NCBI GenBank assembly: GCA_948469885.1
Contig: CAOKMT010000001.1
Coordinates: 86,187 to 150,186, forward strand
Reading direction: 5' to 3'
Length of the DNA: 64,000 nt
Origin: an uncultured Sporosarcina sp.
Lineage (GTDB): Bacteria > Bacillota > Bacilli > Bacillales_A > Planococcaceae
Shown here: positions 18,389-27,703 of the stretch, in pieces
Position numbering within the stretch: position 1 is the first letter of the stretch
Layout: every line of letters begins with the position of its first letter
Made by a program: the position numbers and the translations under genes
The notes under the pieces: generated by a model
What the model was told of the DNA's origin: nothing
Database searches by the model: none
The model's input: the letters and a program-made list of their open reading frames with translations, nothing else

Positions 18389-19420
18389 ATGAAAGCACTT
18401 TTGAAGTCGAAACCGGGTTTTGGAAATGTCGATCTAGAGGATATGCCAGAACCTGATTGTCCAGCAGATTTAGTCAAGATAGAGGTTCGTTTTACGGGGA
18501 TATGTGGTACTGATTTACATGTTTATCACGATACATTTAAAAACTACCCACCGGTCATATTAGGGCATGAGTTTTCTGGAGTCGTCGCTGAGGTAGGGGC
18601 AGATGTAGAAAAAGTGAAGGTTGGAGACAGGGTCACGGTACTTGGGTCAACAGCTATCACGTGTGGTTCGTGTTCCTATTGTAAGAGAGGATATTATATG
18701 TTTTGTTCTGAGCGCCGGGGGATGGGGCACGGCACTGATGGGAGTTTTACGAAATATGTATTAGTTCGGGAGGATATGGTCTACCGCGTTCCAGATAATT
18801 TAAGCTTGGAGGAAGCGGCTTTGGCCGAACCGCTTGCATGTGCCGTCCAAGCGATTGAAGAACTGACCACTATTCAAGTCGGTGACACAGTCTTGCTTTC
18901 CGGTCCTGGTCCAATCGGGCTCATTTGCTTATCATTACTTGCTATGAAAGGATGCAAAGTGATTGTGGCAGGTACATCCGCAGATCATGTCCGCTTAGAA
19001 ATAGCGAAGGAATTAGGTGCGGATATAATAGTGGACGTTTCCAAAGAAGATCTGCAGTCTGTGGTGATGAAAGAGACGGATGGACAAGGCGTTGACGTGA
19101 CAGTTGAATGTGCGGGGGCAGGTCCATCAATTAACAGCAGTCTAAAAGCGCTCAAAAACTTAGGGAAACATATTCAAGTAGGCATCGTTGGGAAGGAAAT
19201 CACAATGGATTATGACGTTATTCTTTACAAACAAATCCAGTTGTTCGGATCTCTTGCCCACTCCATGAAAACATGGGATCGGGTCATGCAATTATTGGAA
19301 CAACAAAAAATCAATCTCAAGCCAATTATTACGCATAAGATGCCATTAACTAATTGGGAAAAAGCGTTTGATCTATGTGAGCAAAAGACATGTGGGAAGG
19401 TTCTTTTAAGTCATGAATAA
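18389..19420 (+). CDS. Zn-dependent polyol(-phosphate)/sugar-acid dehydrogenase (MDR)
   Basis: GICGTD, GHEFSG, C..C..C.......C structural Zn site, GPGPIG. Confidence 0.88.
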   Translation: MKALLKSKPGFGNVDLEDMPEPDCPADLVKIEVRFTGICGTDLHVYHDTFKNYPPVILGHEFSGVVAEVGADVEKVKVGDRVTVLGSTAITCGSCSYCKRGYYMFCSERRGMGHGTDGSFTKYVLVREDMVYRVPDNLSLEEAALAEPLACAVQAIEELTTIQVGDTVLLSGPGPIGLICLSLLAMKGCKVIVAGTSADHVRLEIAKELGADIIVDVSKEDLQSVVMKETDGQGVDVTVECAGAGPSINSSLKALKNLGKHIQVGIVGKEITMDYDVILYKQIQLFGSLAHSMKTWDRVMQLLEQQKINLKPIITHKMPLTNWEKAFDLCEQKTCGKVLLSHE

Positions 19421-19479
19421 GTGAACGGTTATTATGAAAAAGCGTTTTAAAGCCTTTGAAGGGGGTTGTTTCCATCAAA

Positions 19480-19493
19480 TGTAAACGCTATCA
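19480..19493. promoter_or_regulatory. cre site (CcpA)
   Basis: TGTAAACGCTATCA fits TGWNANCGNTNWCA. Confidence 0.6.
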
Positions 19494-19512
19494 ATCCTAG
19501 GGGGATAGAAAA

Positions 19513-20565
19513 GTGATACTACCGGATCAAATGAAGGTCGCATACTTACAGCGCCTTTCTGAAGTAAGTGTGAAACAGGAATCCGTGCCACAAGTAACTG
19601 GCAAGGATGTGTTGATTAAAGTAATGGCTGTGGGCATTTGTGGTTCAGATGTTCACTACTATGCCCATGGTCGTATTGGGCAGAGGAAAGTGCAATACCC
19701 ACATGTCCAAGGACATGAATGTGCGGGTGTTGTCGTTGCCGTAGGATCCCAAGTGAATCGTTTCAAAATTGGCGATAGAGTGGCTATTGAACCCGGGGTC
19801 GCGTGTCAAGCTTGTGAATGGTGTAAAAAAGGTAGATATAATCTTTGTCCGGATGTGCAGTTCCTTTCCACCCCACCTGTGAAAGGAGCATTTGTCCAAT
19901 ACTTAAAACATACGGAAGACTATCTATTTCCGATACCAGATAATGTATCGTATGAAAATGCAACTTTGGCGGAACCGTTATCAGTCGGGATACATGCGGT
20001 TAGGCGTGGAAGGCTTCAGCCTGGTACATCTGTGCTGATATCTGGAATGGGGCCCGTAGGTTTAATGACGATAATTGCTGCGAAATCATTCGGGGCAAAA
20101 GAAATCATTGTAACTGATATGGAGCCTTTACGGCTTGAAGCTGCTAAGAGATTGGGCGCCACACGGACTATCAATGTTAAGGATGAATATATGGACGCGA
20201 CCATAAGTGAGCTAACGGCACAGTCAGGTGTTGATATGGTAGTTGAGACGTCTGGAAATGTCAGTGCTCTACAGTCATCGGTTGAACTGACGAAAAGAGG
20301 CGGCTCCATCGTAGTTGTCGGTTTTCCGGCAAAAGAAGAGGTGCCACTTAACGTAACGCTGATGTTACAAAAAGAGATAGATCTCTATTCTGTTTATCGC
20401 TATACAAACACATATCCGCTCGCTATTCAATTACTTGAGTCAATGGGGAGTCAAGTAGCGTCCATTATTACAGATAAGTATTCCATTGATGACATTGATG
20501 AAGCAATGGAACAAGCACTGACGAATCGGGCAGAAAGTTTAAAAGTGATGGTTTATCCAAATTGA
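19513..20565 (+). CDS. Sorbitol/xylitol dehydrogenase-like MDR
   Basis: GICGSDVHYY.HGRIG, GHECAG, IEPG, GRYNLCP...F..TPP..G, YRYTNTYP. Confidence 0.88.
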   Translation: MILPDQMKVAYLQRLSEVSVKQESVPQVTGKDVLIKVMAVGICGSDVHYYAHGRIGQRKVQYPHVQGHECAGVVVAVGSQVNRFKIGDRVAIEPGVACQACEWCKKGRYNLCPDVQFLSTPPVKGAFVQYLKHTEDYLFPIPDNVSYENATLAEPLSVGIHAVRRGRLQPGTSVLISGMGPVGLMTIIAAKSFGAKEIIVTDMEPLRLEAAKRLGATRTINVKDEYMDATISELTAQSGVDMVVETSGNVSALQSSVELTKRGGSIVVVGFPAKEEVPLNVTLMLQKEIDLYSVYRYTNTYPLAIQLLESMGSQVASIITDKYSIDDIDEAMEQALTNRAESLKVMVYPN

Positions 20566-20646
20566 AAGCATGATGAATTCGACTTCCAATCTGGCATAAG
20601 TGCAGCTGAAAGGTCGGTCTAATAAACGAAAAGGGGAGAATTTTAA

Positions 20647-21675
20647 ATGAAAAATCTATGGAAACTAACCGCTCTCATCGGAGCATTGGTACTTGTCTTG
20701 ATGGGATGTGGAGGCAAAGACGGAGCAGGTGAGAAAGCAGGGGCGGCTGAGAAGCCAGGTGACGGTAAGCAAATTGTTTTTGACTTAAGTATTCCAGAGC
20801 CGGAAGGTGCAAAGTTTGACGTTACTGCTAAAGCTTTCAAGGAAGAATTGGAGCGTTTAACAGATGGGCAAATGTCTGTGAAGATTCACTATAACAATTC
20901 TTTAGGTGGAGAACGAGAGGTATTTGAACTGATGGGGATGGGATCATTGGACATGACCGTGCAATCTGCGGGTCCAATGGGAGCTTGGGTGAAAGAGTTT
21001 GATGTTTTTGACTTACCATTCCTATTTGATGACCGAGAACATGCACACGCGGTTCTAGATGGGGAGATCGGTGCGGAACTTGCCCAGAAATTTGAAGACG
21101 AAGCTAATGTTAAAATCCTTGGCTGGGTTGAAAATGGATTTGTCGCAACTTCTTCCAATAATCCAATCAACACGGTAGACGATGTAAAAGGTTTGAAAAT
21201 TCGTGTACAAGAAAATGAATTACAAATAGATGCATGGAAGGCCTATGGCGCTGATGCAACGCCTATGGCTTGGACAGAAGTGTTCACGGGTCTGCAACAA
21301 GGAGTGATTGACGGTCACTCGAACTCTTTGGCTACGATTCAAACATCTAAAATTTACGAGGTGCAAAGTCACGTAGCGTTACTGGAAGATAGGTTCTCAC
21401 CGGCACCAATCGCAATCAGCAAAACGAGTTTCGACAAGTTGAGTCCAGAACAACAGGAAGCTGTAATGGAAGCCGCTAACTACGCCCAACCAATTGGAAG
21501 ACAAGCGAACGAAGATAAAGTTAACGAAGCGGCAGAGTTTTTGAAAGAACAAGGCATCACATTTACGGAACCTGATAAAGCGTCTTTCAAAGCGGCAGCT
21601 GAATCTGTATATGATAAATATGCCCCTCAAATTGGACAGGAATTGATCGATCAAGTGAGAAGTTTTGAATACTGA
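20647..21675 (+). CDS. TRAP transporter substrate-binding lipoprotein (DctP)
   Basis: Lipobox LMGC; LGGERE, DLPFLF, GLKIRVQ, TPMAWTEVFTGLQQGVIDG. Confidence 0.9.
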   Translation: MKNLWKLTALIGALVLVLMGCGGKDGAGEKAGAAEKPGDGKQIVFDLSIPEPEGAKFDVTAKAFKEELERLTDGQMSVKIHYNNSLGGEREVFELMGMGSLDMTVQSAGPMGAWVKEFDVFDLPFLFDDREHAHAVLDGEIGAELAQKFEDEANVKILGWVENGFVATSSNNPINTVDDVKGLKIRVQENELQIDAWKAYGADATPMAWTEVFTGLQQGVIDGHSNSLATIQTSKIYEVQSHVALLEDRFSPAPIAISKTSFDKLSPEQQEAVMEAANYAQPIGRQANEDKVNEAAEFLKEQGITFTEPDKASFKAAAESVYDKYAPQIGQELIDQVRSFEY

Positions 21676-21706
21676 TAAAACGAGAAGTGTTAAATTTTAA
21701 GAGGGT

Positions 21707-21736
21707 TAGAAGATGATGAAAAATCATCATCTTCTA
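21707..21736 (+). other. Intercistronic hairpin after dctP (mRNA stabiliser/attenuator)
   Basis: TAGAAGATGATGA-AAAA-TCATCATCTTCTA perfect stem. Confidence 0.6.
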
Positions 21737-21755
21737 TTCCCGAGGAGTTGAGAAA

Positions 21756-22247
21756 ATGAAGGGGATCACGAGAAACTATGTACGTCTGAATGACGCAATA
21801 AATAAGATGTTTGGTTATGTGTTGGCGTTTGTTTTGGCATTTATGACCGTCATCATTTTTTGGCAAGTAATTGCCCGATATGTGGTCGGTTCATCTTTAA
21901 CTTGGTCGGAAGAGTTATCTCGTTTTTTAATGATATTTATGGTCCTTATCGGGTCGTCGCTCGCCCTTCGTGATGGGAAGCTCATATCCGTCGAAGTCGT
22001 TCAAGAAGCATTAAAAGGCAAAGCAAAAAAATGGTTGATCGTAATTGCCCATTTAATCTCCATCATCTTCTACATAATCTTAATCGTTTATGGTTTGCGT
22101 GTTGCGGAGAACTTTGGCAATCAAATTGCCCCGGGTACTCGTATATCCATGTATTTTATTTATCTTTCTTTACCTATTGGTGGATTCCTACTCCTTATGA
22201 ATTCGGTCACTTGTATTTTGGAAGAATTCTCGGGAAGAAAGGAGTGA
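21756..22247 (+). CDS. TRAP small permease (DctQ)
   Basis: QVIARYV, WSEELSR, 4 TM. Confidence 0.9.
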   Translation: MKGITRNYVRLNDAINKMFGYVLAFVLAFMTVIIFWQVIARYVVGSSLTWSEELSRFLMIFMVLIGSSLALRDGKLISVEVVQEALKGKAKKWLIVIAHLISIIFYIILIVYGLRVAENFGNQIAPGTRISMYFIYLSLPIGGFLLLMNSVTCILEEFSGRKE

Positions 22248-22251
22248 AAGA

Positions 22252-23526
22252 ATGCTTGCCATATTTTTTATATCATTGGTCGTCATGATGTTTTTAGGTG
22301 TACCTATTGCTGTTTCTTTAGGATTGTCGACGGTTTTAGGGGTTATGATGCATGAAACATTACCTTTGGAGATCATCCCTCAAAGAATATTTGTATCGAT
22401 TAACTCCTTCCCATTAATGGCAATTCCTTTCTTTATTCTGGCGGGGAATCTGATGGGGGCAGGGGGAATTTCAAAAAGGTTAGTCAATTTTGCTAGTTCG
22501 TTGGTGGGACATTTTACGGGCGGATTAGCAATGGTAGCAATTGTCACATCAATGTTTTTTGCTTCCATTTCAGGTTCTGGAGCAGCAACAACGGCGGCTA
22601 TTGGATCGATTCTCATCCCAGCTATGGTGGCAAAGGGATACCGCGTGGAGTATGCAGCCGCCAATCAAGCAGTTGCAGGTGCGTTAGGCATTATTATTCC
22701 ACCGAGTATAGCTTTGATTTTATACGGGGTTGCGGCGGAAGTGTCCATAGGTGATCTGTTTGTTGCGGGAATCATTCCAGGACTGGTCATTACCTTTAGT
22801 CTTTTGGTAAGTGCTTTTATCATTGCGAAGCGCCGTGGATATGTGGGAGAAGAAAAGCAAAGTTTCCCGGATGTGATGAAAGCATTTAAAGAAGCTTTGC
22901 TCGCTTTATTAATGCCGGTTATTGTGTTGGGGGGAATCTATTCAGGGATCTTCACCCCAACAGAAGCCTCGGTTATAGCTGTTGTCTATTCCTTTATCAT
23001 CGGGTTCGTCGTCTATCGAGAAATCAGTGTTCAACAGTTGATAGAAACACTGAAAAATTCTGCCATTAGTAGTTCTATTATTATGATTGTGATTGGGACG
23101 GCAGGATTATTTGGTTTCTATCTTGGTATCACTGGCGTGCCAGATATGGTCTACAACTCTATCTCAAGTGTGATTACAAACAAATATACGTTCTTGATCG
23201 TAGTGAATATCATATTGTTCGTAGCCGGAATGTTTCTTGAAGGAGGCGCAGCCATCCTTATTTTTGTACCGCTTTTATTCGGTACAGCTATGAATTTAGG
23301 GGTCGATCCGGTTCATTTTGGCATCATTATGGTTTGTAACTTGGCGGTAGGTCTAATCACACCACCGGTCGGCATAGATCTGTTTGTTGTTTCCCAACTG
23401 ACTAATCTATCCATCGTAAGAATTGCGAAAGCAGTTGTTCCACTCGTGCTTGTTTTTATGTTCGCTGTATTAATTATCACGTTTGTTCCAGCGCTTTCAA
23501 CATGGCTACCATCATTACTTAAATAA
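22252..23526 (+). CDS. TRAP large permease (DctM)
   Basis: AIPFFILAG, SGSGAA, IIPPSI, FTPTEAS, ITPPVG. Confidence 0.92.
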   Translation: MLAIFFISLVVMMFLGVPIAVSLGLSTVLGVMMHETLPLEIIPQRIFVSINSFPLMAIPFFILAGNLMGAGGISKRLVNFASSLVGHFTGGLAMVAIVTSMFFASISGSGAATTAAIGSILIPAMVAKGYRVEYAAANQAVAGALGIIIPPSIALILYGVAAEVSIGDLFVAGIIPGLVITFSLLVSAFIIAKRRGYVGEEKQSFPDVMKAFKEALLALLMPVIVLGGIYSGIFTPTEASVIAVVYSFIIGFVVYREISVQQLIETLKNSAISSSIIMIVIGTAGLFGFYLGITGVPDMVYNSISSVITNKYTFLIVVNIILFVAGMFLEGGAAILIFVPLLFGTAMNLGVDPVHFGIIMVCNLAVGLITPPVGIDLFVVSQLTNLSIVRIAKAVVPLVLVFMFAVLIITFVPALSTWLPSLLK

Positions 23527-23570
23527 CTTGTTTAGTTTAGAATTTCCAAGAAAAATGGGATAGGGGAAAT

Positions 23571-23601
23571 AAGATAAGACGATGAGCTATTGTCTTATCT
23601 T
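23571..23601 (+). terminator. Hairpin after dctM
   Basis: AAGATAAGAC / GTCTTATCTT. Confidence 0.55.
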
Positions 23602-23616
23602 AATTTTCCACTCTTA

Positions 23617-23632
23617 AGTTAAGCGCTTAACC
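23617..23632. promoter_or_regulatory. Putative LacI-family operator 3
   Basis: Contains perfect 14-bp palindrome GTTAAGCGCTTAAC upstream of transketolase genes. Confidence 0.7.
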
Positions 23633-23680
23633 AAAATTCAAGTATTTAAAACCTAGTTATTTTATATGGAGGAGATTTTA

Positions 23681-24538
23681 ATGAAAATATCATTTACAGA
23701 AGAAAAGCTGGACAATCTATTTAAGAATGCGGCAGAAGCAAGGCGGTTAATCATCGAAACAGTTCATCACGCGAACGCTGGGCATATTGGGGGACCTATG
23801 TCAGCGGTAGATGTCCTCGTGAATTTATATTTTAGTGAAATGAATATTGATCCGGAGCATCCACTAGCAGAAAATCGAGATCGCTTCGTGTTATCAAAGG
23901 GGCATTCGGCTATTGGTCTTTATTCTGTTTTAGCGTTGAGAGGTTACTTCCCGGTTGAGGAGTTAAAAACATTTGATGCCCTAAATTCCCGGTTGCAAGC
24001 ACATCCAGATATGAATGCTTTACCAGGTCTTGATATGTCAACAGGCTCGCTTGGTATGGGAATTTCTGCGGCAGTTGGTATGGCACTTGGGGCTAAGCTT
24101 CAAAATAAAGATTTCCGTACTTACTGCATGATAGGAGATGGTGAATCACAAGAGGGCCAAGTATGGGAAGCCGCTGATGTAGCTTCGAAATATAAATTGG
24201 ATAATCTTGTAGCCATTCTCGATTACAACAAGCTTCAACAATTTGGGTGGGATGGTAAAGGAGAGTCCCGGGAAACTCCGGTCATTGATCCTGAGAAACG
24301 ATGGGAATCTTTTGGTTGGCATGTCATCAGCATTGATGGTCATAATCCTGCGGAAATTACTGCGGCATTTAGTACGGCACGAGAACTAAGTGGAAAGCCG
24401 ACAATTATTATTGCCAATACCATAAAAGGAAAAGGTGTTTCTTTTATGGAGAATGCCTATTTATGGCATTCTCGTGTGCCTACCGATGCAGAGCTGAAAC
24501 TTGCAGTGCAAGAATTAAAAGTGGAGGAAATGAGATGA
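23681..24538 (+). CDS. Split transketolase, N-terminal (TPP-binding) subunit
   Basis: GHIGG, DRFVLSKGH, TGSLG.G, GDGESQEG..N TPP motif, KGKG. Confidence 0.9.
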   Translation: MKISFTEEKLDNLFKNAAEARRLIIETVHHANAGHIGGPMSAVDVLVNLYFSEMNIDPEHPLAENRDRFVLSKGHSAIGLYSVLALRGYFPVEELKTFDALNSRLQAHPDMNALPGLDMSTGSLGMGISAAVGMALGAKLQNKDFRTYCMIGDGESQEGQVWEAADVASKYKLDNLVAILDYNKLQQFGWDGKGESRETPVIDPEKRWESFGWHVISIDGHNPAEITAAFSTARELSGKPTIIIANTIKGKGVSFMENAYLWHSRVPTDAELKLAVQELKVEEMR

Positions 24539-25488
24539 AAAAAACACAATTAGCGGAAAAGACGGCGATGAGAGATGTATTTGGAGAAACATTACTAAAC
24601 TTATCTTTAGAAGATGAAAAAGTATATGCGCTCGATGGTGATTTGGCAAACTCGACAAAAGTGGATACAGTCGCTTCCCATAATCCTGAGAAATTTTTAC
24701 AGATGGGGATTGCGGAGCAAAATATGATGAGCGTGGCTGCGGGGCTTGCAACTACTGGCTTGCAGCCTTGGGCGACAACATTTGCCGCATTTCTATCCAA
24801 ACGTGCGATTGATCAAATACAAGTGCAAATCGCCCAGCCTAATTTAAACGTCAAGATGGTTGGAGCATATAGCGGCTTATTGACTGGATTGACAGGTAAA
24901 ACACACCAGGCATTAGAAGACATAGCAATTTTTCGCACGCTTGCCAATATGGTTGTATTGGCTCCGGCGGATAGTGTAGAGGTTAAAAAGATGATGGAGG
25001 CGGCTCATCGGTACAATGGACCGGTGTATATGCGATTGGCGCGTGATCCGTATCCTGTTATTTTTGGCGATGACTATCAATTTGAGATTGGTAAAGCGGT
25101 CCTGTTGAGGGAAGGAACAGACGTCACCATCATTTCAACGGGCACACAAACGAGCCGTTCACTTGAAGCGGCAGACCAACTTGAATGGGAAGGTGTGTCG
25201 GTATCGGTCGTTCACATGCCTACGATTAAACCACTCGATAAACAAGCGATTATTGAAGCGGCTGAAAAGACCGGCGCCATCGTCACAACGGAGGAACATA
25301 GTATTTACGGAGGCCTTGGCAGTGCGGTAGCGGAAGTTTTAGTTGAAGAAAAGCCTGTACCTATGTTACGGGTGGGTGTAAAAGATCGAAATTCTGAATC
25401 AGGTCCGAATGAAGAAATGCTGGAGAAGTATGAGATTTCATCACGTTATATTGTTAAAGCTGCTAAAGAGGTTTTGAAGAAGAAATAA
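24535..25488 (+). CDS. Split transketolase, C-terminal subunit
   Basis: DGDLANST, GIAEQN, THQ, EEHS..GGLG; overlaps upstream stop (ATGA). Confidence 0.9.
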   Translation: MKKTQLAEKTAMRDVFGETLLNLSLEDEKVYALDGDLANSTKVDTVASHNPEKFLQMGIAEQNMMSVAAGLATTGLQPWATTFAAFLSKRAIDQIQVQIAQPNLNVKMVGAYSGLLTGLTGKTHQALEDIAIFRTLANMVVLAPADSVEVKKMMEAAHRYNGPVYMRLARDPYPVIFGDDYQFEIGKAVLLREGTDVTIISTGTQTSRSLEAADQLEWEGVSVSVVHMPTIKPLDKQAIIEAAEKTGAIVTTEEHSIYGGLGSAVAEVLVEEKPVPMLRVGVKDRNSESGPNEEMLEKYEISSRYIVKAAKEVLKKK

Positions 25489-25528
25489 GTGACTATACCT
25501 TTTATTGAACAGGAGGGGAACAGAAAAG

Positions 25529-26956
25529 ATGAAAGCGAGCCTAATAAAAGAAAAACTATTTATTGCCGGAGAATGGGTAGAAACTGATCAAACACATAAA
25601 ATATATAACAAATATACAAACGAACTGTTTTCAGAGATCAGCATGGCAGATGAGGAGATTGTGGAGGGGGCGATTGGAGCGGCGGTCAAAGCGCATAAAC
25701 AAACGGTGTTCGCGCCTGAATCCCGTTATACAGTCTTAATGCGCGTTGCAGATTTTTTAAATGAGCAGAGTGAAGCTTTCGCCCAAATGATTGCTGAAGA
25801 AGGTGGCAAGCCGATCACGGATGCGAGAATTGAAGTGGCCCGGTCAGCAGCCACGTTCCGAATAGCAGCAGACGAAACGAAGAAACTTGTTGGAGAAATT
25901 ATTCCTAACTATAATGTACAAGGTCGTTTTCTATACACAGTGAAGAAACCGATTGGGGTTGTGGCGGCAATCACGCCATTCAATTTTCCATTAAATCTTG
26001 TCGTACACAAAGTTGCACCAGCGTTGGCAGCAGGAAATCCTGTTATTATAAAACCTGCTTCTGACACTGCAACAGTTACCGTGAAGTTATGTGAATTGCT
26101 TGAAAAGGCAGGAGTCCCAAAGGGGTATGTCCAATGCGTTGTCGGCAGTGGTAGTACGGTCGGAGAGCAACTGTTGCAAGATCAGCGGATTGCTCATTAT
26201 ACATTTACCGGTTCACCTGAAGTCGGTAAGCATATACAAAAGACAATTGGTTTAAGAAAAGCGACATTGGAGCTTGGTTCTAATTCCGCGACGATTGTTC
26301 ATGGAGATGCGGATATTGAAAAAGCTGCCACTAAGCTTGCGAAAATGGCATTTGCTCATGCTGGCCAAATATGTATTTCCGTTCAGCGGATTTTTGTTCA
26401 AGCGTCGGTGCAAGATCGCTTCATGGAAAAGTTCTTGCAGGAGGTGGCATTATTAAAAGTTGGCGACCCGCTAGACCCTGAAACAAATGTGGGGCCGATG
26501 ATTGCTGAAAGTGAAGCAAAGCGGGTGGAAAGCTGGGTAAAAGAAGCTGAACTGGAAGGTGCGAAGGTTTTAATCGGTGGTAAGAGAGCGGGAAGTATCT
26601 TTTATCCGACTGTGATTACCAATGTGAGAAAAGGGATGAAAGTGTTTGATGAAGAGGTGTTTGCACCGGTTGTAACGGTATCCAGTTATAACTCCATCGA
26701 GGAGGCAATTGAGTTTGTCAACGATTCGAAATATGGTTTGCAGGCGGGTATTTATACAACAGATTTGAAATTGACTTATCAAATTCCTTATTTACTTGAA
26801 GTTGGTGGCGTGGTGATCAATGACACTTGTTGCTATCGTACTGACCAGATGCCTTATGGTGGGGTCAAAGATAGTGGGAATGGCAAAGAGGGTCCCTCTT
26901 ATGCGATCCAAGAGTTAGTCGAGACAGTCACGGTTGTTGTAAATTTAGAGGAATAG
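25529..26956 (+). CDS. NAD(P)-dependent aldehyde dehydrogenase
   Basis: ITPFNFP, FTGS, LELGSN, GQICIS, EVFAP, PYGGVKDSG. Confidence 0.92.
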   Translation: MKASLIKEKLFIAGEWVETDQTHKIYNKYTNELFSEISMADEEIVEGAIGAAVKAHKQTVFAPESRYTVLMRVADFLNEQSEAFAQMIAEEGGKPITDARIEVARSAATFRIAADETKKLVGEIIPNYNVQGRFLYTVKKPIGVVAAITPFNFPLNLVVHKVAPALAAGNPVIIKPASDTATVTVKLCELLEKAGVPKGYVQCVVGSGSTVGEQLLQDQRIAHYTFTGSPEVGKHIQKTIGLRKATLELGSNSATIVHGDADIEKAATKLAKMAFAHAGQICISVQRIFVQASVQDRFMEKFLQEVALLKVGDPLDPETNVGPMIAESEAKRVESWVKEAELEGAKVLIGGKRAGSIFYPTVITNVRKGMKVFDEEVFAPVVTVSSYNSIEEAIEFVNDSKYGLQAGIYTTDLKLTYQIPYLLEVGGVVINDTCCYRTDQMPYGGVKDSGNGKEGPSYAIQELVETVTVVVNLEE

Positions 26957-26976
26957 GATGCAATTATTTAGAACGG

Positions 26977-27007
26977 AAGCGACTGCTAGTAGATGGCGGT
27001 CGCTTTT
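26977..27007 (+). terminator. Terminator ending catabolic cluster
   Basis: AAGCGACTGC / GCGGTCGCTTTT. Confidence 0.7.
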
Positions 27008-27053
27008 GATATTCTTCTAGTTCGTGTTATACTTCAAATGATAATCATTTTCA
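27006..27053 (+). promoter_or_regulatory. Promoter plus Fur box upstream of nitroreductase
   Basis: TTGATA-16 bp-(TG)TATACT, then TGATAATCATTTTCA (27039-27053), 14/15 match to 7-1-7 Fur box. Confidence 0.75.
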
Positions 27054-27089
27054 ATAAGAGGCTTATTTACATAGAGGAGGACATGAATA

Positions 27090-27671
27090 ATGACGAATAT
27101 ACAACAAGAAGGAAGAAACGCGGTGGAGCAAAACATTATAAGCCGCAGATCGATTAAGAAGTTTAAAAAGGATCCGGTTGAAACAGAAGAGCTGATTGAG
27201 CTATTGAACGTAGCGAAATGGGCACCGAACCATAAGTTGACCGAACCGTGGCGCTTTAAGCTATACGTCGATGGCGGAAAAGAAGAGTTTGTGCAAGCTT
27301 ATATCGATTCACAGCCAAAAGTTGAAGGGGAAGTTGCGGAAAAAGTGGAGAAGAAAGCGCAATATTTTCGAGATATTCCTGTTCATCTTGTCGTCATCAT
27401 GCCTGAAGATCCACGACAAAGAAGATGGGATGAAGATTACGGCGCAGTATCCACTTTCATTCAGAACTTTCAACTTGCTGCTTGGGAAAGAGGCATCGGC
27501 ATGATTTGGCGTTCGAATGATTGGGTGTATGATCCAGTATTTAGAGAAGGTATCGGTGTACAACAAGGAGAGAAAGTTGTGGCAACACTCATGATCGGAT
27601 ATGCGGAACATGTGCCGGCCGCGCGTCCACGGACAGATATTCGGGAGCTGCTGACCATTATCGATGAATAA
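27090..27671 (+). CDS. yfhC: Nitroreductase (YfhC/YdjA-like)
   Basis: RRSIKKF, WAPNHKLTEPW, QNFQLAAWERGIG; Fur box as in B. subtilis yfhC. Confidence 0.8.
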   Translation: MTNIQQEGRNAVEQNIISRRSIKKFKKDPVETEELIELLNVAKWAPNHKLTEPWRFKLYVDGGKEEFVQAYIDSQPKVEGEVAEKVEKKAQYFRDIPVHLVVIMPEDPRQRRWDEDYGAVSTFIQNFQLAAWERGIGMIWRSNDWVYDPVFREGIGVQQGEKVVATLMIGYAEHVPAARPRTDIRELLTIIDE

Positions 27672-27703
27672 GCGGTTCAATGCAAAATTGAAAGGATCTG
27701 TGC

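Noticed and set aside
15917-26956. Calling the cluster a known apiose, sulfo-TK or sorbitol pathway
   Set aside because: Required isomerases, sugar kinases, sulfoquinovosidase and sulfonate exporter are absent, and a TRAP importer is atypical for neutral polyols
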